Positions 47,647 through 61,500 of a stretch of DNA of 64,000 nucleotides are shown piece by piece. Below the pieces are notes generated by a model. That model saw only the letters and a list, made by a program, of their open reading frames with translations. It made no database searches and was not told the DNA's origin. This DNA comes from Yuukianura sp. NJ FZ-2021 (Eukaryota), in the NCBI GenBank assembly GCA_046563655.1, contig CM102284.1, forward strand, positions 8,680,001 to 8,744,000, read 5' to 3'. Within the stretch, counting starts at the first letter, position 1; each line of letters starts with the position of its first letter. The position numbers and the translations under genes were made by a program.

Positions 47647-49910
47647 TTACACAATTTCATACTTCTCTGTCACCAGAGACGTTTCTACAGAATGGGGTTG
47701 AATCGCGTTGCTCTCCAACAGACGTACTTCCACTGCCTAAAAGACACAACAAACGTAAAAACTTTGATTTAAATTTGAAGTTAAAGTAAAAAGTAATTGA
47801 GTAATTACTTACATTAAGTCTAGCAAATGATTGTGTGGATTGGAAGGTCACTTGAACTGGAAAGAAGTCAGAGACACGAGCAGAGGCAACTGAAAACTCC
47901 ATTGCTCCTGATTTGTTTGACGCATCGAGGACTGTCAGTTGCCATAAAAGTGTGTTTCTGCGAGGTTCATACAGATAGTCTCCTTCGCAATCTCCAACAA
48001 CTGGACCTCCACTTCCGGCACTAAAATTCAAAATTTCGAAGTTATGCTAAAAAATATTTCCACTTTTTCAGAAAAATCTTACGGAATCGGTATAGAAATG
48101 ATGACATCCAACAACTCCAAATCCAAATTCAGCAGTTCATACTCAATGTTCACATCACAGCCGCCACTTCCGTTTTCCGATGGCCAGCAATTGACTAAAA
48201 TATTCAATTAACTTAACGATTAACACTGCATAAACGTTAGTTTATCGTCACTTCAAAGTCTGAACTTACTATTGAGCGGAATCTGCGATTCGTCAGTAGT
48301 TTGGTAACGCCATTTCAAAATGCCAATATCCGTGTTCACTGGGAATGGTTTCTGGGAATTCTTCAATCCAATTGTACAACTGTTCCGGAACAACTCCTTG
48401 TCCACATTTGGATGTGTCTGTGGAAACACAAAATTTAAAAGTTAATCTTAGTTTAATTAGTTTAATTAACAATTAATTAAAAGTTACCTGGAGCTGGATT
48501 CCACGTTTGTCGTCATTTTTAAACTGAATCCGAATCATGCCACAAGATTCATCCTGGACTCTAAGTGTAGTTATTCCATGGACTTCCATATTTTGCAATC
48601 CACCGTCTCGTCCAGCCGTCAGAATGATCTTTTCGTCGAACTTCAAGTGAACACTGGCAATTCAAACCAAACGATTAGATGAAAAGTGAGGATTTTCAAT
48701 CAATCCAAAGTTAAAAACTTACTTCTCTGTGTTGGGTAAATGAGAAGTTGTCTGTACGTTGTTCTTCCCTGGAATCACAGAGTTCGAATTGGAAACTGCA
48801 TTTTGGACTCGTTCTCCTTCAGATTTAAGTTGATCAACAAAAGACTCCACGTCACGATTCTTGCTCCCCAGTTTCAAAGCTTTGCTTGGCCCAGATGATT
48901 TGCTGTCCAAAATTCAAAAATAAACTTGAAATGGCGAAAACGATTTGGGAGATTCTGATTCGCTGAATTTTAACTTACGTATAACTGGGTCGTACTGGTT
49001 CCGGTGTAATAGTGGAATCCTGGACTACAGTTGGACCACTCACACTGTTGAAACTTGCAGAAGACGACGAGTATCCAGATCTGCCACCCTTGCCACCAAG
49101 TTTACTCGCCTCCAGTTTCTGTCTTTGTAGTTCTTTGGCTTTTTCTCGCATCTTCTGTTTCGCCTCTCTTTCTTGACTCTGTAAAGAAAAAAAAACGTTT
49201 TCAGCATACTGTAACACGATTACTTTTTAGCGTAACACGAAGTCAGACGCCTCACCTGCCGAACAGCTTGATACACTTTCTCTTCATGTGAATCCATCTC
49301 GACAAAAGTCCTGACTTGTGCCAAATTGACACTTTCGCGATAACCGAGTGCGACAATTTCATCAAAGGCAAAGATTAAATTAAAAGCACTGTCGCAGACG
49401 TCAGCCTCATCCAAGGCTTTACAGTACTCTGGTACCTGAAAAGAAGTGAAGATTGAAAACATGCTGGAAGTTTATGACTCAGCGAACTTAAGAATTCCTT
49501 ACCACTTTGGCAAAAAGTCTGAGTGTTTCTAAATCTTCCAATATATTTGAAGCCTTAGTTGTGATTAAAACCATGTAGAGCTTCTCCATTGGTTGGTAGA
49601 CATATCGAACTGCATCTGTTTCCACAAACGTATGCTGTTTCCCTGCTGGAATCAACTTTGGAAATGCTGCCAGCAAACCCTCTATTCTAGATTTTGTCAT
49701 TTCCACAAATTGGCGTGAAAGGAGCACTGGAAAACAAAAACAAAACGTTCGTAAAAATTCGAATCTCTTCAACTCCTGAACGATTGAATTTTTAGTTTTA
49801 CCTTTTCCTCCTTTTGTCAGAACCGCAGCAGCTAACAGTACCTGAAAAATTCAAAACAGATTAGCACAAGTTGTTAAGTATCAATAAACGTTCTACGTAT
49901 GTTTTACCAT
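47647..49910 (-). CDS. ARCN1: Coatomer subunit delta (archain)
   Basis: [81 protein letters not shown]. Confidence 0.96.
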
Positions 49911-50490
49911 TTTGGTTTAGTGGAAGGTTGTGTCGTCTAGCAGAACGTGTCGGAAGTGATCTGGTGTGACGGTGACCTGACGTGACCTTCGAATGTCAGG
50001 AAACAGCTGTTAGAAACTTTGTGTTGATACTGACGAAGACGAAGTGACGAGTGCGAATGAGGAGATTCAAATTTTGACAAGATCTTGATTCTTGATCTCT
50101 AAGGGGAGAGGCCGAATTTGAAATGAGTGACGAAGCACAGTGTAACTGTCAAGAATGTCACGTTAACTGGATTAACACCAACTCAATTAAGTGTTAGTTA
50201 GTTAATTGTAGTTAAAATTAATAGTTAATTGTGTAAATCAAATAAACATTGGATTGAAATTTAAACAGACAAAGTGACACGTCGGCCGATGATTATTTTC
50301 AGCCTTTTCAAATAAACCAAATCAGATGTTGCGTGGCTCCAAAATTCAAATTGAAAAACACATGAAAATCAAACTCAAAAAAACTCAAAAACTTTTCAAA
50401 TTTTTGATACCCATTGCCTATTGTTTTTTTGAGTGACTTTTATTTGTGACATGTGAAAAGGTCAAAGGTCAAAGGTCAAATTTTCGAAAT

Positions 50491-52582
50491 TTACGTAACT
50501 TGTTCTGTTTTTCGGTTCAAACCGGTCTCAATTCCGGCAACAATGAAAACAACAAAGACTGAAATCGTGAGGAGGATGAAAAGACTGGCCATACTATCCA
50601 TGGTCAACGGAGCATAAACTTTGTCAATCTGTTTAAAATATAATAAAATAATATCAATATAAAATAGATTTTAATATATAAATGTAAAATTTTACATTAA
50701 TTTTCCCCTGTGCTTCGTTGTCACATTCGCTTTGGTCTTTAAACCACCTTTCAGCCAAGTTATCCAGAATTCCCTCTTCGTTCAACTCCAAAATCGCTGC
50801 TGTGATTTTGTTTCTGGAAATTACACAAAGTACAAAGCATTTTCAAAATTTCAATTTTTTCAAAATTTTGAAATTTTACAAAACAAGTTTCCTCGAATCT
50901 TTTGGAATTGCAATGCCGTATCCACGGGTCGGTCCAAACAGTTTTCGAACAGCAGTCACTTCGCAGACTTTGAGCGTCGTGTATTGTGCTTTCACCGACT
51001 CCATTATGAACACGAAATTTCCTAAACCAAATTTTTAAAAATTTGAACTCCGAAAATTTCGAATTTCATAATTTTCAAAAACTACCATTTGAATTCTTGA
51101 CTTTCTGAACTCCGCGTTCATAGTTGTCCAACAGTTGACCTGATCTCGTAATCTTCTCATTCAATCTTGCAATCATCGGATCTTCACTCGTCTATTTGCA
51201 AAAAAAAAAATCTCCAGAATTGCACTTTTTCCGAAATTTCAGTTTTAAAAAGTTCTTTTCAAAATTTTGAATTTTGACCTTGATATATTGTGAAGTCGAT
51301 CCACTCAAAAGCGTTCCCACTCTAATATGCTCTCCATATTCAACCAATTCTTCCACAGAATTGATCGCTAGCGGTTCACGCGTCGATTCAGACTCGTGCA
51401 CCAAATCCAAAATTTTATCTGCTGCGAAATTACTTGCGTAGGCGCAGAAAACAAACGCCAAAAAGATCCAAAATGTCACTTGCAAAATCCGGGTAGCCAC
51501 TGACCTAAAAATTAAAAAATTGAAATTTTTCAGACTTTGACCGACATTTTACGAAAATTTTTGAAAAAAAAATTTGTGTTTTGTACTTTGGCCTCCCGAA
51601 AACTCTTGTGCCAAAAGCGGCAAAAAGGGGTTCCGGTGGAGGTGGTTGCACTTTGCCAATTTGGCGCGAAACGATTTTCTCTGTGAAGAAAGTAAGAAAA
51701 AGGAGGAAGAGACATGTTAGGGTGAAGGTCAACCAGAACCACAAGGTCATCGGTTCAATCCAGGGAAAAAAGTTAGTTGACCTTTGACCTTGACCTTCTG
51801 ACCCCACAGAACTTCCGCGCTTTGGAGGCGTTTTGGCCAAAATGGCCAACTGAGCAGTCATAAACGGAGCGGAGAAGTCTACAACCTCAGATCTTTCGGC
51901 AGTTATGCTCAAATCGGCAATGGCCATGTCGCTTTCCTAAAAATTTCAAAATTTTGTCAGAATTTTGAAAAAACTCAATTTTCAGAAAAAGTTAATTTAG
52001 GTGTGACCTTTGACACCAATTCGCCAATCATTCCGTTCCACTCTCCTGTTCGATTGTCTTTGGTTCCATACTTTCCATCCTCAACCAGTTTGAATTTGTC
52101 TAAAAAGAGAAATGCATGTAATATTTGTTATTATTATATTAACATTAATATATGTAATATTTGTTATTTATATTAATATTATTATCATATAGAAATAATA
52201 TTGAATCATTGATTACATGATAATCCAAGTTTATCAAAAAGTTTTTCTGTCAAGTCCACAGTGTACCCTTCATAGTCGTCTTGTCCCTGCAAATTTTTGA
52301 TTGAGCGAAGAAACGGCTCGTTCTAAAAAGAGAAAGTGAGACATTAAATTTTAAATTCAAAATTTAAAAAAAAAACTGTTTTTGAACAAAATTTCAAAGA
52401 ACTCGACCTTTTTTCGAAGTTAACTTTTTTTAACTTACGCGGACCGTCGTAACGATAATATCTTTTTGTGGTGGCGTAAAACCCTGACTTTGACAATTGC
52501 ATCGTTGAACGCCGAACACAAAAATTACGAAAGCAATTTGTGCTAAACCGATCAATCGGATAGTTTCGTTCCACCGAAACAT
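50491..52582 (-). CDS. Ionotropic glutamate receptor/IR-like protein lacking ATD (paralogue B)
   Basis: Signal-like MFRWNETIRLIGLAQIAFVIFVFG, then S1 (NEPF..YEGYTVDL..DGKYG..WNGMIGELV..ITAERSEVVDFSAPFM), M1, degenerate M2 PLFAAFGTRVFG, M3 AYASNFAA, S2 SGSTS..FIMES..YGIA, and M4. Confidence 0.85.
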
Positions 52583-52990
52583 GTTTGGTTTTTGGCAAAT
52601 CTCGTTTTCTGTGCTAAAGTGAAACTAAAACAGATCTTTTTCTAAAAAATTTTGTTTTAAAAACTGCTGCCAAAAGACATAGTATCTAGGTCAAAAGACA
52701 CTGCACGCATGCAGATTTCGAGAAGGTTTTTCCTTACGTCTTAAGATATTTTTGATACCAAAAATAACTTGAAACAAAAAAAAATCTCCTTGAATTTATT
52801 TTTTGCAATGAATTTGTGAAATTTTGCACAAAATGACATCCCGTAACGGAATGTTCAACAAGGCATAACGCTTGCATGATATTTATCAGTTTACAACACA
52901 ATTTTCGTATCTGGTCTATAATTATTATATATTTATTATAGTTTAATTATAATTTATGATTTGTGAATTTTAATTTTTATATATACAGAA

Positions 52991-53146
52991 CAAGGTGCGT
53001 AAACAAAGAAAATAATTTTTCTACACCAGGTTGTCCAATAGCTCGGCGTTTTTCAATTTCTTGCCATAATAAACAAGATTTTTGAAAACCCTGAGTTGTT
53101 GGATAACCTGTTGTAGGAATTACAATTTCGTTGTCAAGGAACCTTG
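52991..53146. mobile_element. CAAGG...CCTTG MITE (P-like) with 8-bp TSD
   Basis: Flanks ATACAGAA / ATGCAGAA (7/8). Inner inverted CTACACCAGGTTGTCCAA / TTGGATAACCTGTTGTAG. Confidence 0.75.
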
Positions 53147-53245
53147 ATGCAGAATTTTATATTATTTTCATTTTATTACAGATTTATTTGTTATTTTACA
53201 TTATTTTATTTTCAAATAATTAATTAACCTAATTTAGAAAGCCAA

Positions 53246-55742
53246 TTAGTAAGAATTTGTTGCTTTCGGCCTGTCTTGTCCTGTGTGAAGTGGAACGTGC
53301 AATTCCACGCCGCCCGCTCTCCTCGGTGCCTGCAATTTTTAGAATACATTTTTCAAGTAATTTTTCAAAATTTCTCAAAAAAAAAATCAATAAATCAAAA
53401 TTTTCAGAAATTAGCTTACAATTGGGCGTCTTCCCCAAATTTCCAAACCGGCAAACACAATAGCCACGAAGATTCCAGCGATCAAGCAGTAGAAGATTCC
53501 AGCCAAATCGTATAAGCAAAGGGCATTGTCAAATTGCCGTTCCTGAAATGAAATTTATGGAAATTTTGAAATTTAGCTTTCAAAATTTCGTTTTTCAAAA
53601 AGTCTTACAGTGCGAACTTCATCACTTTTCTTGCTCAGTGGGCAACTGTCATCCCCTACAAACCATTTCTTACGCAGATTTTCCATTTCTTCGGATTCTC
53701 GCATTCGCAAAATTATGACATTGATCCCATCTCTGAAATTTTTGAAAAAAAAAAATGAAATTCTTGTTTCAAAATTTGCAACTTTTTAACAATGTACCTG
53801 ATTTTTTTCAAATTCGAATCCAGAACAGAGTTCCTCGTTGCAACTGCAAAGAATTTTTGTGGACCGAAGCTTTCTGGAGCCAGAACGATGTCACATGGCT
53901 GTTTGGACGCCAAGTACTCTGCATACGGTGCCTCACCAATGAAAGCAAATGCTGAATCTAAAAGGTCAAGGTCAAAGGTCAAAGGTCACGAAGGTCATGG
54001 GGACGTGGGAAAAATTTGAAAATTAAAAAACCTTTTACCATTTCTAACTTTTCGAAAGCCTTCAGCGGAGTTCGCCACGGATTCTCGTGCGATCATTCCA
54101 AACATCCTGCGATGCAACCGTTCCAAGGAGTTCTGAAGTTTCAAAATTTCGAAATCCTCAGTTCCAAAATTTTAAAATTTTTGAAAAATTTGAAAACATA
54201 CCCTAAAGTAGGTGTAAGTACTTCCACCTCGGATGACTCCGTACTTGACCTGTGTTTGACCTCCCAAATCTTCGATTGATCTGATTGGCCCTTTATCTTC
54301 TACTGATTTCCCAAGACGATCCACAATTCGATCTCCGCTGAACGCTGCAATATATGCTGCAACCACCGCTACCACAAAGATCCAAAACAGTACTTGCAGC
54401 AGTCGTCCAGATACAGTTCTAAAAAAAATTTGAATTCAAAATTTCAAAACTTTAAATTCAAAATTTCGAAGTTTTGAGTTTTTTCAAAAGTGGTGTTTGG
54501 AAACACTCCCACGCACTGCTTCCATGCTCCACCCTTTGGGAATTTGTAGAGTAGGGTCTGATAGCTCAAAGGTTAGAGTGCTTCCAGGAAAGAAGAGCCT
54601 AGGGTTCGAATCTCACTCGGTTCAATATTTTTATCAACTCTCGTTCTTGTCTCTCAAGCCATGTGACCCCAGAACGTCACAGTGACCTTGACCTGACTTA
54701 CCTTGGGCTACCACAGACCCCATTTGGACAGAATTTGACCTCGCCTTGACCTCCCGTCTGATTCTGCCTCCGGGGGACATATAGTTCGATTGTATACAAA
54801 AGGAGGACCAAGATGACGATGGACAGGACAGTCACGGTCCAAAGTACGGCAGAAAATGGACGGAGGAACATGAATGACCCGGGGTCATTGACCTCATCTT
54901 GACCTTGACCTTCCCCCTTCTTCATGGCAATTCTGAGCTGGAAGTCCATGATAGGAGTGGAAAAGTCAACCACTTCAGCCCTTTGGGCAGTCATCGTCAA
55001 TGGAGCAATGGCAATGTCAGCATTCTTTAAATCATACAAATCGTTTTCGAAATTTTGAAAACTCGTTTCTCAAAAAAACGATTAGTTTCAAAAACTAACT
55101 TACACTTCTAACAAGTTCACCGATTATTCCATCCCACACGCCGTCTTTCGACACGGTTCCATATTTTCCATCTTTGACGAGCGAAATCGTGTCTATACAA
55201 AAATCGGTTTTAAGAATTCAAATTCGGATTCCACATTCAAAAATAAATTTAAAAAAAAATCGATTTAGCTTCACTTACAACTGAAATTGAGACTTTTTGC
55301 AAATATTTCGGCCAAGTCTGCCGCGAAACCTTCATAACGTGCATTTCCAGTTAACGGCTGCTCACTGCGTTTTAACGTTAAGTAAGGTTCATCCTAAATT
55401 AAATTCAAGTAAAACTAATTGTAATTATATTAAATTATAATAAGTATTATTAAATCAAGCACTGATTACAAAAAAGAAGCTGCAGGAAACTAAAAATTTT
55501 GGATTATGAAGTGAAATTGTGAATTGAAATGACAAAATTTGAGTGGCGTGAAATTAGTCAAAAAAAAATTCAAAAAAATGTGGACATTTTCGTAAAAAAA
55601 ATTGTAGCAGGTTCAAGTTAGCCAAAGAAAAACTTACGAGAATCGAAATGATTCGAATTGGATAGTTTTGTTGTGCTTGAGACCAACTGATGAAAAGTGT
55701 AGTAATTAAAACAAACGATGTAATTAGCACCTTGAAATCCAT
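53246..55742 (-). CDS. Ionotropic glutamate receptor/IR-like protein lacking ATD and apparent M2 pore loop (paralogue A)
   Basis: Signal MDFKVLITSFVLITTLFISWSQA, S1 (DEPY..RYEGFAADL..DGKYG..WDGIIGELV..APLTMTAQRAEVVDFSTP), M1, short linker, PRTVSGRLL-M3 AYIAAFSG, S2 YGVIRGGST..FIGEAP..LRKKWF, M4, ends PKATNSY*. Confidence 0.87.
54554..54676 (+). mobile_element. tRNA-derived SINE-like element (copy 2)
   Basis: TGATAGCTCAAAGGTTAGAG (A box), GGTTCGAATCT (B box), CACTCGGTTCAAT, a T-run and TCTCAAGCCATGTGACCCCAGAAC, all paralleling the 17007 copy. Confidence 0.6.
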
Positions 55743-56428
55743 AATTACAACGAATTACTTCAGGTTCTGTTGAATTACCACGAATTAGTTTACCCTAATT
55801 ACTTTAGGTTTTTATAACAACTTGTAAACAACAATTTATTTAGATCCAGCTAACTCTAGTTTTTAAGCAGATCTATTTGTGAAGATTACATTATCACTTT
55901 CTTGGCAAAGACTTAGCAACAGAAGATGAATTTCGCAACTTCTTTGCTCAAAATCCCCGCATTACGTTGGTTTAGTACGTAAACTTGTTTTTGTAACTTT
56001 TCCAAAAACAGTTTTTATCATTCGTTTAGAACGCATCTGCTGGCAAATTCTAAAATTAGGTAACACTTTTATCAGCCAAACTTAAACAAAAACATAAAAC
56101 TTCTCATCAAAAAGCAATTTCTTGGCTTGAAACTTAAAAAAACATAGTGAAAATGATACGTTTTACTTTTAACCCAATTTTTTGTTTACTAGAAGTTGGA
56201 AACCTAAAAAAAATTGGCAGAAACTGGATCGAATTTAAGTAATTTTTGAAATAGATTCGGAAATGTTATTGAACATGTTGACCTTGCGTCTTCTGCAAAT
56301 AATTGACCTCGTATTGTTTTAAATTAGACAATAATACTATAATTGTTAAGGTTAACTTTACTATCTATAAGTAAAAAATTGTATTAAAAATGAATCAATA
56401 ATGGAAATATAGTTTAGTTCGAGTAAAA

Positions 56429-58435
56429 ATGAACTTATTCGTGATTCTTTTTGGTCTTGTTTTCCTGAATTTGAGAGAATCAGAAGCGAAGGTCAATGAC
56501 CCTAGGTCAAGGATCCGTCCAAGCAACACGTCCAGGAACAGCGCAGGCGCAGAGGATCCTTCTGCGCACTCTCGCATAGTCAATGGCATCCCAATTTCAA
56601 TTGAACAGCGGCCGTTCCAAGTCATGGTTTACATATTTATAGGAGTTGGTGATACAGAAGAGTCTCGCACTGGAATGCGTTGTGGCGGTAACAACATAAC
56701 ATTTAAATGACATAGCGTAACGTAAGAACATAACATGCGTAAGGTAACATGACGTAACATAAACATAACTTAACATTACTTTTTTTCAAGCTAATCCATA
56801 TCTGTAGCCATAATTTTTTAAAATTGCTTCTTTCATACTCTAGGTACCATTTACAATGAAAATCACATTTTGACAGGTAAAACATTCAGGTGATAAATAG
56901 ATACAAAATCAAAAATTTCTGTGTATTAGGGAGTTTGCGTTATGAATCGTTTATAGAATTTATTCAACGTATAGAATTTACCAAGGTTGTTTGACTTTTA
57001 GCTCAAGCAACTTTGGAATTTAGAGTGAGAAGTGACGTCACTTTTTAAACTTTACGGATTTGCAAAATTTATAAACATGAAAAATATATTCAAATAATTT
57101 CACATAATTATTTCTTAAATATAATATAAAATTTAAATTTATATAATTTATATATTTTTTTCAAAAATATGTAAACATAAGTGTCATAAATGAGAAAAGT
57201 TTGGAATGTTACGTCACAGTTTTGAAATCGACCAATCACGAGAGCCCTAACAAAAGGGGAGGCAGGGGGTGAAAATGGGCAAAAATTCTACACTTTCCAT
57301 CAATTCTATAAATGATTTGAAACGCAAACTCCCTATTAGCTACCTGTTCAATTGTTTTCTGCTTTTAGCTGCTCACTGTTTTTATGACAAAGACACAAAA
57401 AGAATCGTGGAACCTTCTCATGTAATGGTCAGCGTGGGTAAAACACATGCTAGTTGGTTTGATCCTGAAGAACAATTATTTGAAGCGGAGCAGATTTTCT
57501 CACACTGCTATAACCCAGTGACCATTGCAAACGATATTGCTATCGTACGTCTCAAGGGCTGTTTGACCTACAGCAAATACATTCAACCTCTGGCCATAAC
57601 GGACAAACACCCAAACACGGCAGTAAGTAGTTGCGGTCAAGGTTTGTTGATTTCATTTTGCATAATAGGTTGTGTAATAACTCCCGTTTTTTTTCGATTT
57701 CACAAAAAAAGTTAATTTGCCTTTTAGGGTATTGTAACCATAATATTATAAGCGTTTTTTTTTTAAATTTTACATACGAATTGGTACCAAAAATTCCTAT
57801 TTTTTTTTTTTTTTGAATTTGTACCTATGGTACTCAGATTTTTGCTATTTTCATTTTTTGGGGAAAACAACGGAGTTATTACGAAACCTATTAAGGAGTT
57901 GTAAATGGTTTGCAACCTTGGATTCGGAAATAATTCCGTAGTAACAGACACACAACACAACTTGCAGATTTCATTAGTAATCCATGTTCTCCTTTAAGCC
58001 GACTTCCCAACAACCATATCGGGTTGGGGCAATATGCATCATCAGTATGTTGTTGACCCTGAGGTCAAACCGATAGCGGCTAACGACCTTCAATTCGCCA
58101 CGACAAAGTTCATTAACCTCGAAACCTGTCGTAAGATGTACGCCAATGCCAGCGCAAGAAACTTTCTGCCTGGAACGGATCCTGAAGTGATCGCAAATTT
58201 CCGACCACCAGCAGTTCCTGATCGTACGATCTGCGGATCATCAGATTGGATTGGGCCGTGCATGGGGGATAGCGGAGGACCTTACGTTTGTGAGGTTCCC
58301 GGTTCGAATCCCGTCCTCTGTGGAATCGTTTCATTTTCAATGGGTTGTGCCAACGGGTTTCCTGAAGTGTATACTGACGTAAAGTTGTTTGAAAAGTGGA
58401 TACTTGAACATACTACAACTGATTGTGATAAATAA
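56429..58435 (+). CDS. Secreted S1 serine protease (non-trypsin S1 pocket)
   Basis: Signal peptide, activation site HSR|IVNG, CGG, ILT|AAHC, NDIAIV, GPCMGDSGGP; AATAAA overlaps the stop codon. Confidence 0.92.
56928..57334. mobile_element. PIF/Harbinger-like MITE with ATT TSD (copy 2)
   Basis: ATT|AGGGAGTTTGCGTT...AACGCAAACTCCCT|ATT, a perfect 14-bp TIR. Confidence 0.85.
57638..57920. mobile_element. Degenerate CAAGG...CCTTG MITE
   Basis: CAAGGTTTG..AATAGGTTGTGTAATAACTCC / GGAGTTATTACGAAACCTATT..CAACCTTG; TSD degenerate. Confidence 0.6.
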
Positions 58436-58557
58436 ACTATTTATTTCAAAAGTTACCTTACATTGTTCATTGTTAACTGCAATTAACAGTAAAAATTTAA
58501 ACTAAGGACGAGTTAGAAAGTTCAAATTCACTAAAAGAAAAGTGAGTTTACGCAAAG

Positions 58558-61500
58558 ATGGGGTTTGTGGTTCTAGCGTGTGTTTTCTTACTGAGATTCG
58601 ACTACTATTACAACGCAGGAGCAGACGATCTCGCTGAAACTCCTCGTGTGGTCAATGGAATTCCAATTACAATTGAACAAACACCTTACCAAGCATTTTT
58701 AAGCATACTGATGTTTGAGAAAGACGGAAGTGTATTAGGAAAATCTTGTGGCGGTAACTTTTCCGAAAATTTAGAAAGTTTCGCAAATCCAAACCAAAAG
58801 CTAAACGAAGCTATTTTAATGATTTATACAATCCCTTACTTTAGGGGTCATTTACAATGAAAACCATATTTTGACAGGTAAGATTTCTAGTTTAGCTTCC
58901 TCAGAATTCTGTGCATGGGCCAGGTTTTTAGACTGATTTGCTTTGACAGGTTGGGTAATACCTGACGATTTTTGATTTTGCAAAGAACAGTAACCTTTCA
59001 TTTCAGGGCATCATAGCCGAATTTTTAAATTCTACATTTTTTTTCGTGTTTTTTGTCAACAAGCGAGCTAGTACCCAATCTGTTAAAGAAAATTCGCTCT
59101 TCGTTGTAAAGGAACCTTGGTGTATTTGCTACTGCTATCCTCCCCTGTTAAAGAAAATTCTTCGTTGTCACGGAACCTTGGTGTATTAGCTACTGCTATC
59201 CTCCATAACTGCCTGCCTATTAGTAGCGTCTTCCTTGTGTTTAGCGAGTCACTGCGTCTTCGACCGCTCAGGAAATGTTGTCAACCCTTTCGGCGTACTA
59301 GTCTACGTCGGTAAAACGCATAAGTTACAAACGGATCCAGAAGAACAAAGTTTCCAAGCGGCCGAAATTTTCCCTCATGAAGGCTACAAAACAATTGGCA
59401 ACGGATACGACATTGCTATTTTACGTCTCAACGGCTGTTTGACCTACAACAAATACATTCAACCCCTGGCAATAATAGACAAGCACCCTTCAGTACTTGG
59501 AGGTAAGTTGGATGGAATCTAAGAAATACGCGCTAAAACGTTACCTCAAAGCAAGGTTTGTAAACCAAAAAAAAAATTTTTTTTTCTACAACAGGTTGTC
59601 CAACAATAACTTGATGTTTTTCATTTTGTTATAAAATTTGAAAAAAAAAAAACTTTTTTCCTACACTTAATTATTTTTATGTAAAACATTTGGGATTTGG
59701 GGGGGGGGGGGGAATTATTTGGAGCAAAATTTTTGCAAGCCCTGAGTTATTGGATAACCTGGTGTAGAAAAAACATTTTTGTTTACGAACCTTGCGCTAA
59801 AACCAGAATGCTTTGAGTTCTCGCTGACGCATCGCCCGACAATCCTTTCAGATGCTATTTTATGTCATGTAAAAACGTTAATTAACACGTTCTACTTTAG
59901 ACAATATTCCAGCAACCATATCAGGATGGGGCAGTATGGAGCATCAGTTTGTTGATGAATCTGACGGCAAAACGAAATGGCCCGACCAACTTCAGTTCGC
60001 TGCCACCGAATTCATTGACCTCGAAAGATGTCGTGAACAGTACAAGGAGTTTAACGCAAGCAGTTTTGCGCCCGGAACGAGTCCAGAAATAATCAAGGCC
60101 TTTGTTCCACCAAGAATTCCTGACACTGCAGTTTGTGGATCTTCAGATGGAATTGGACCGTGCATGGGGGACAGCGGTGGGCCGTTCGTTTGTGAAGTTC
60201 CGGGTTCGAATCCCGCTCTCTGCGGAATTGTTTCTTTCGGTATGGGTTGTGCCTCGGGGTTTCCAGCAGTATATACTGACGTGAAGCAGTTTGAAAGTTG
60301 GATACACGAACATACTAGTACTAATACTGATTGCCAAAGTTCTAGGTATGCTGTTTAATTGAAAAGTTGAGTAGCCCGAAACAGGGTTCCCTGTTTCGGT
60401 CACTTTTTTAAATTTCGGCCTGAAATGTCTGTTTCGGCCACTTTTTTAAATTTTGGTCTGAAATGTCTTAATTTTTTCTAGGAGAACTTGTCAATGCTCT
60501 TGTTCGATGATCCGTGCAGACAAAGATCCTACTGCGCAGTCACGAATTGTCAATGGAATTCCAATTACAATTGACCAAGTACCGTACCAAGTCTTTATGC
60601 TTATAGATAGAGCTAAATACGGAGAGGTCAAGACATTTTTATGTGGTGGTATGAATTTATTATATATATTTATTATAATTATTTTATTATTATATTCGAA
60701 TTATTTAAGTTATAAAAATTACCCAAAAAATATTTCCGTAATTCCAGGCGTCATATTCAACGAAAACCACATTTTAACTGGTCAGTATTTGGAAATTTTT
60801 CATTCTAAGGCATAATTTTCCAAGTATCCGCGTTATTATAAAATTTGATTAAAATAATTTTAATTACTAGTTATTAATTAAATAATATAATCAATTACTA
60901 CACAATTTATAGTAATTGATTAAAATTTGTTGTAGCTGCTCACTGCATGTTTAACCGCGAAACGAACGAAGTCGTTGGACCCTCCAATGTGACAGTCTAC
61001 GTCGGTAAAACACACCATTGGGAAACGGATCCCGAGGAACAAAAATTCGAAACAGCTCAAATTTTAGTCCATGAACACTACGAACCATGGAGCTTAACAG
61101 CTGACAGCGACATTGCAATTGTGCGTATCAACGGCTGTTTGACCTACAACAAATACATTCAACCCCTCCCCATAACGGACAAACACCCATCACAAATGGG
61201 CAGTAAGTTGCGTAATTTTTATTACCGCGGATTGTTTTCCGTGTATTTTTCTCCGCGGTAAAAACTTTCCTTTTTCAGCCCGTGTTCCAGCAACCATTTC
61301 CGGATGGGGACAACTTCACAAGACGTACGCCGATGGCTCTGGCGTAAAAGGCAATGCCGACCAACTTCAATTTGCCACGACTGAGTTCATTGACCTCCAA
61401 ACATGTCGTGAGAAGTTCCGTACTGTGAACAAAACAACACTGTTTCAGCCAGGTACGAGTCCCGATTACATTGACGACTACGTACTATCTAAGGTTCCGG

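Noticed and set aside
54490-54545. Hidden M2 pore-loop exon in the intron of iGluR-like paralogue A
   Set aside because: No minus-strand frame I tried gave an M2-like peptide with compatible splice sites, and the flanking exons already join in frame (SPR|TVSGR).
58300-58313. tRNA B-box-like GGTTCGAATCCC (also ~60203 and ~61581)
   Set aside because: It lies inside protease exons and encodes conserved PGS(N/K)P; no A box or cloverleaf.
59699-59712. Poly-G tract as a G-quadruplex element
   Set aside because: A single homopolymer inside a MITE with no supporting context; length may be a sequencing artefact.
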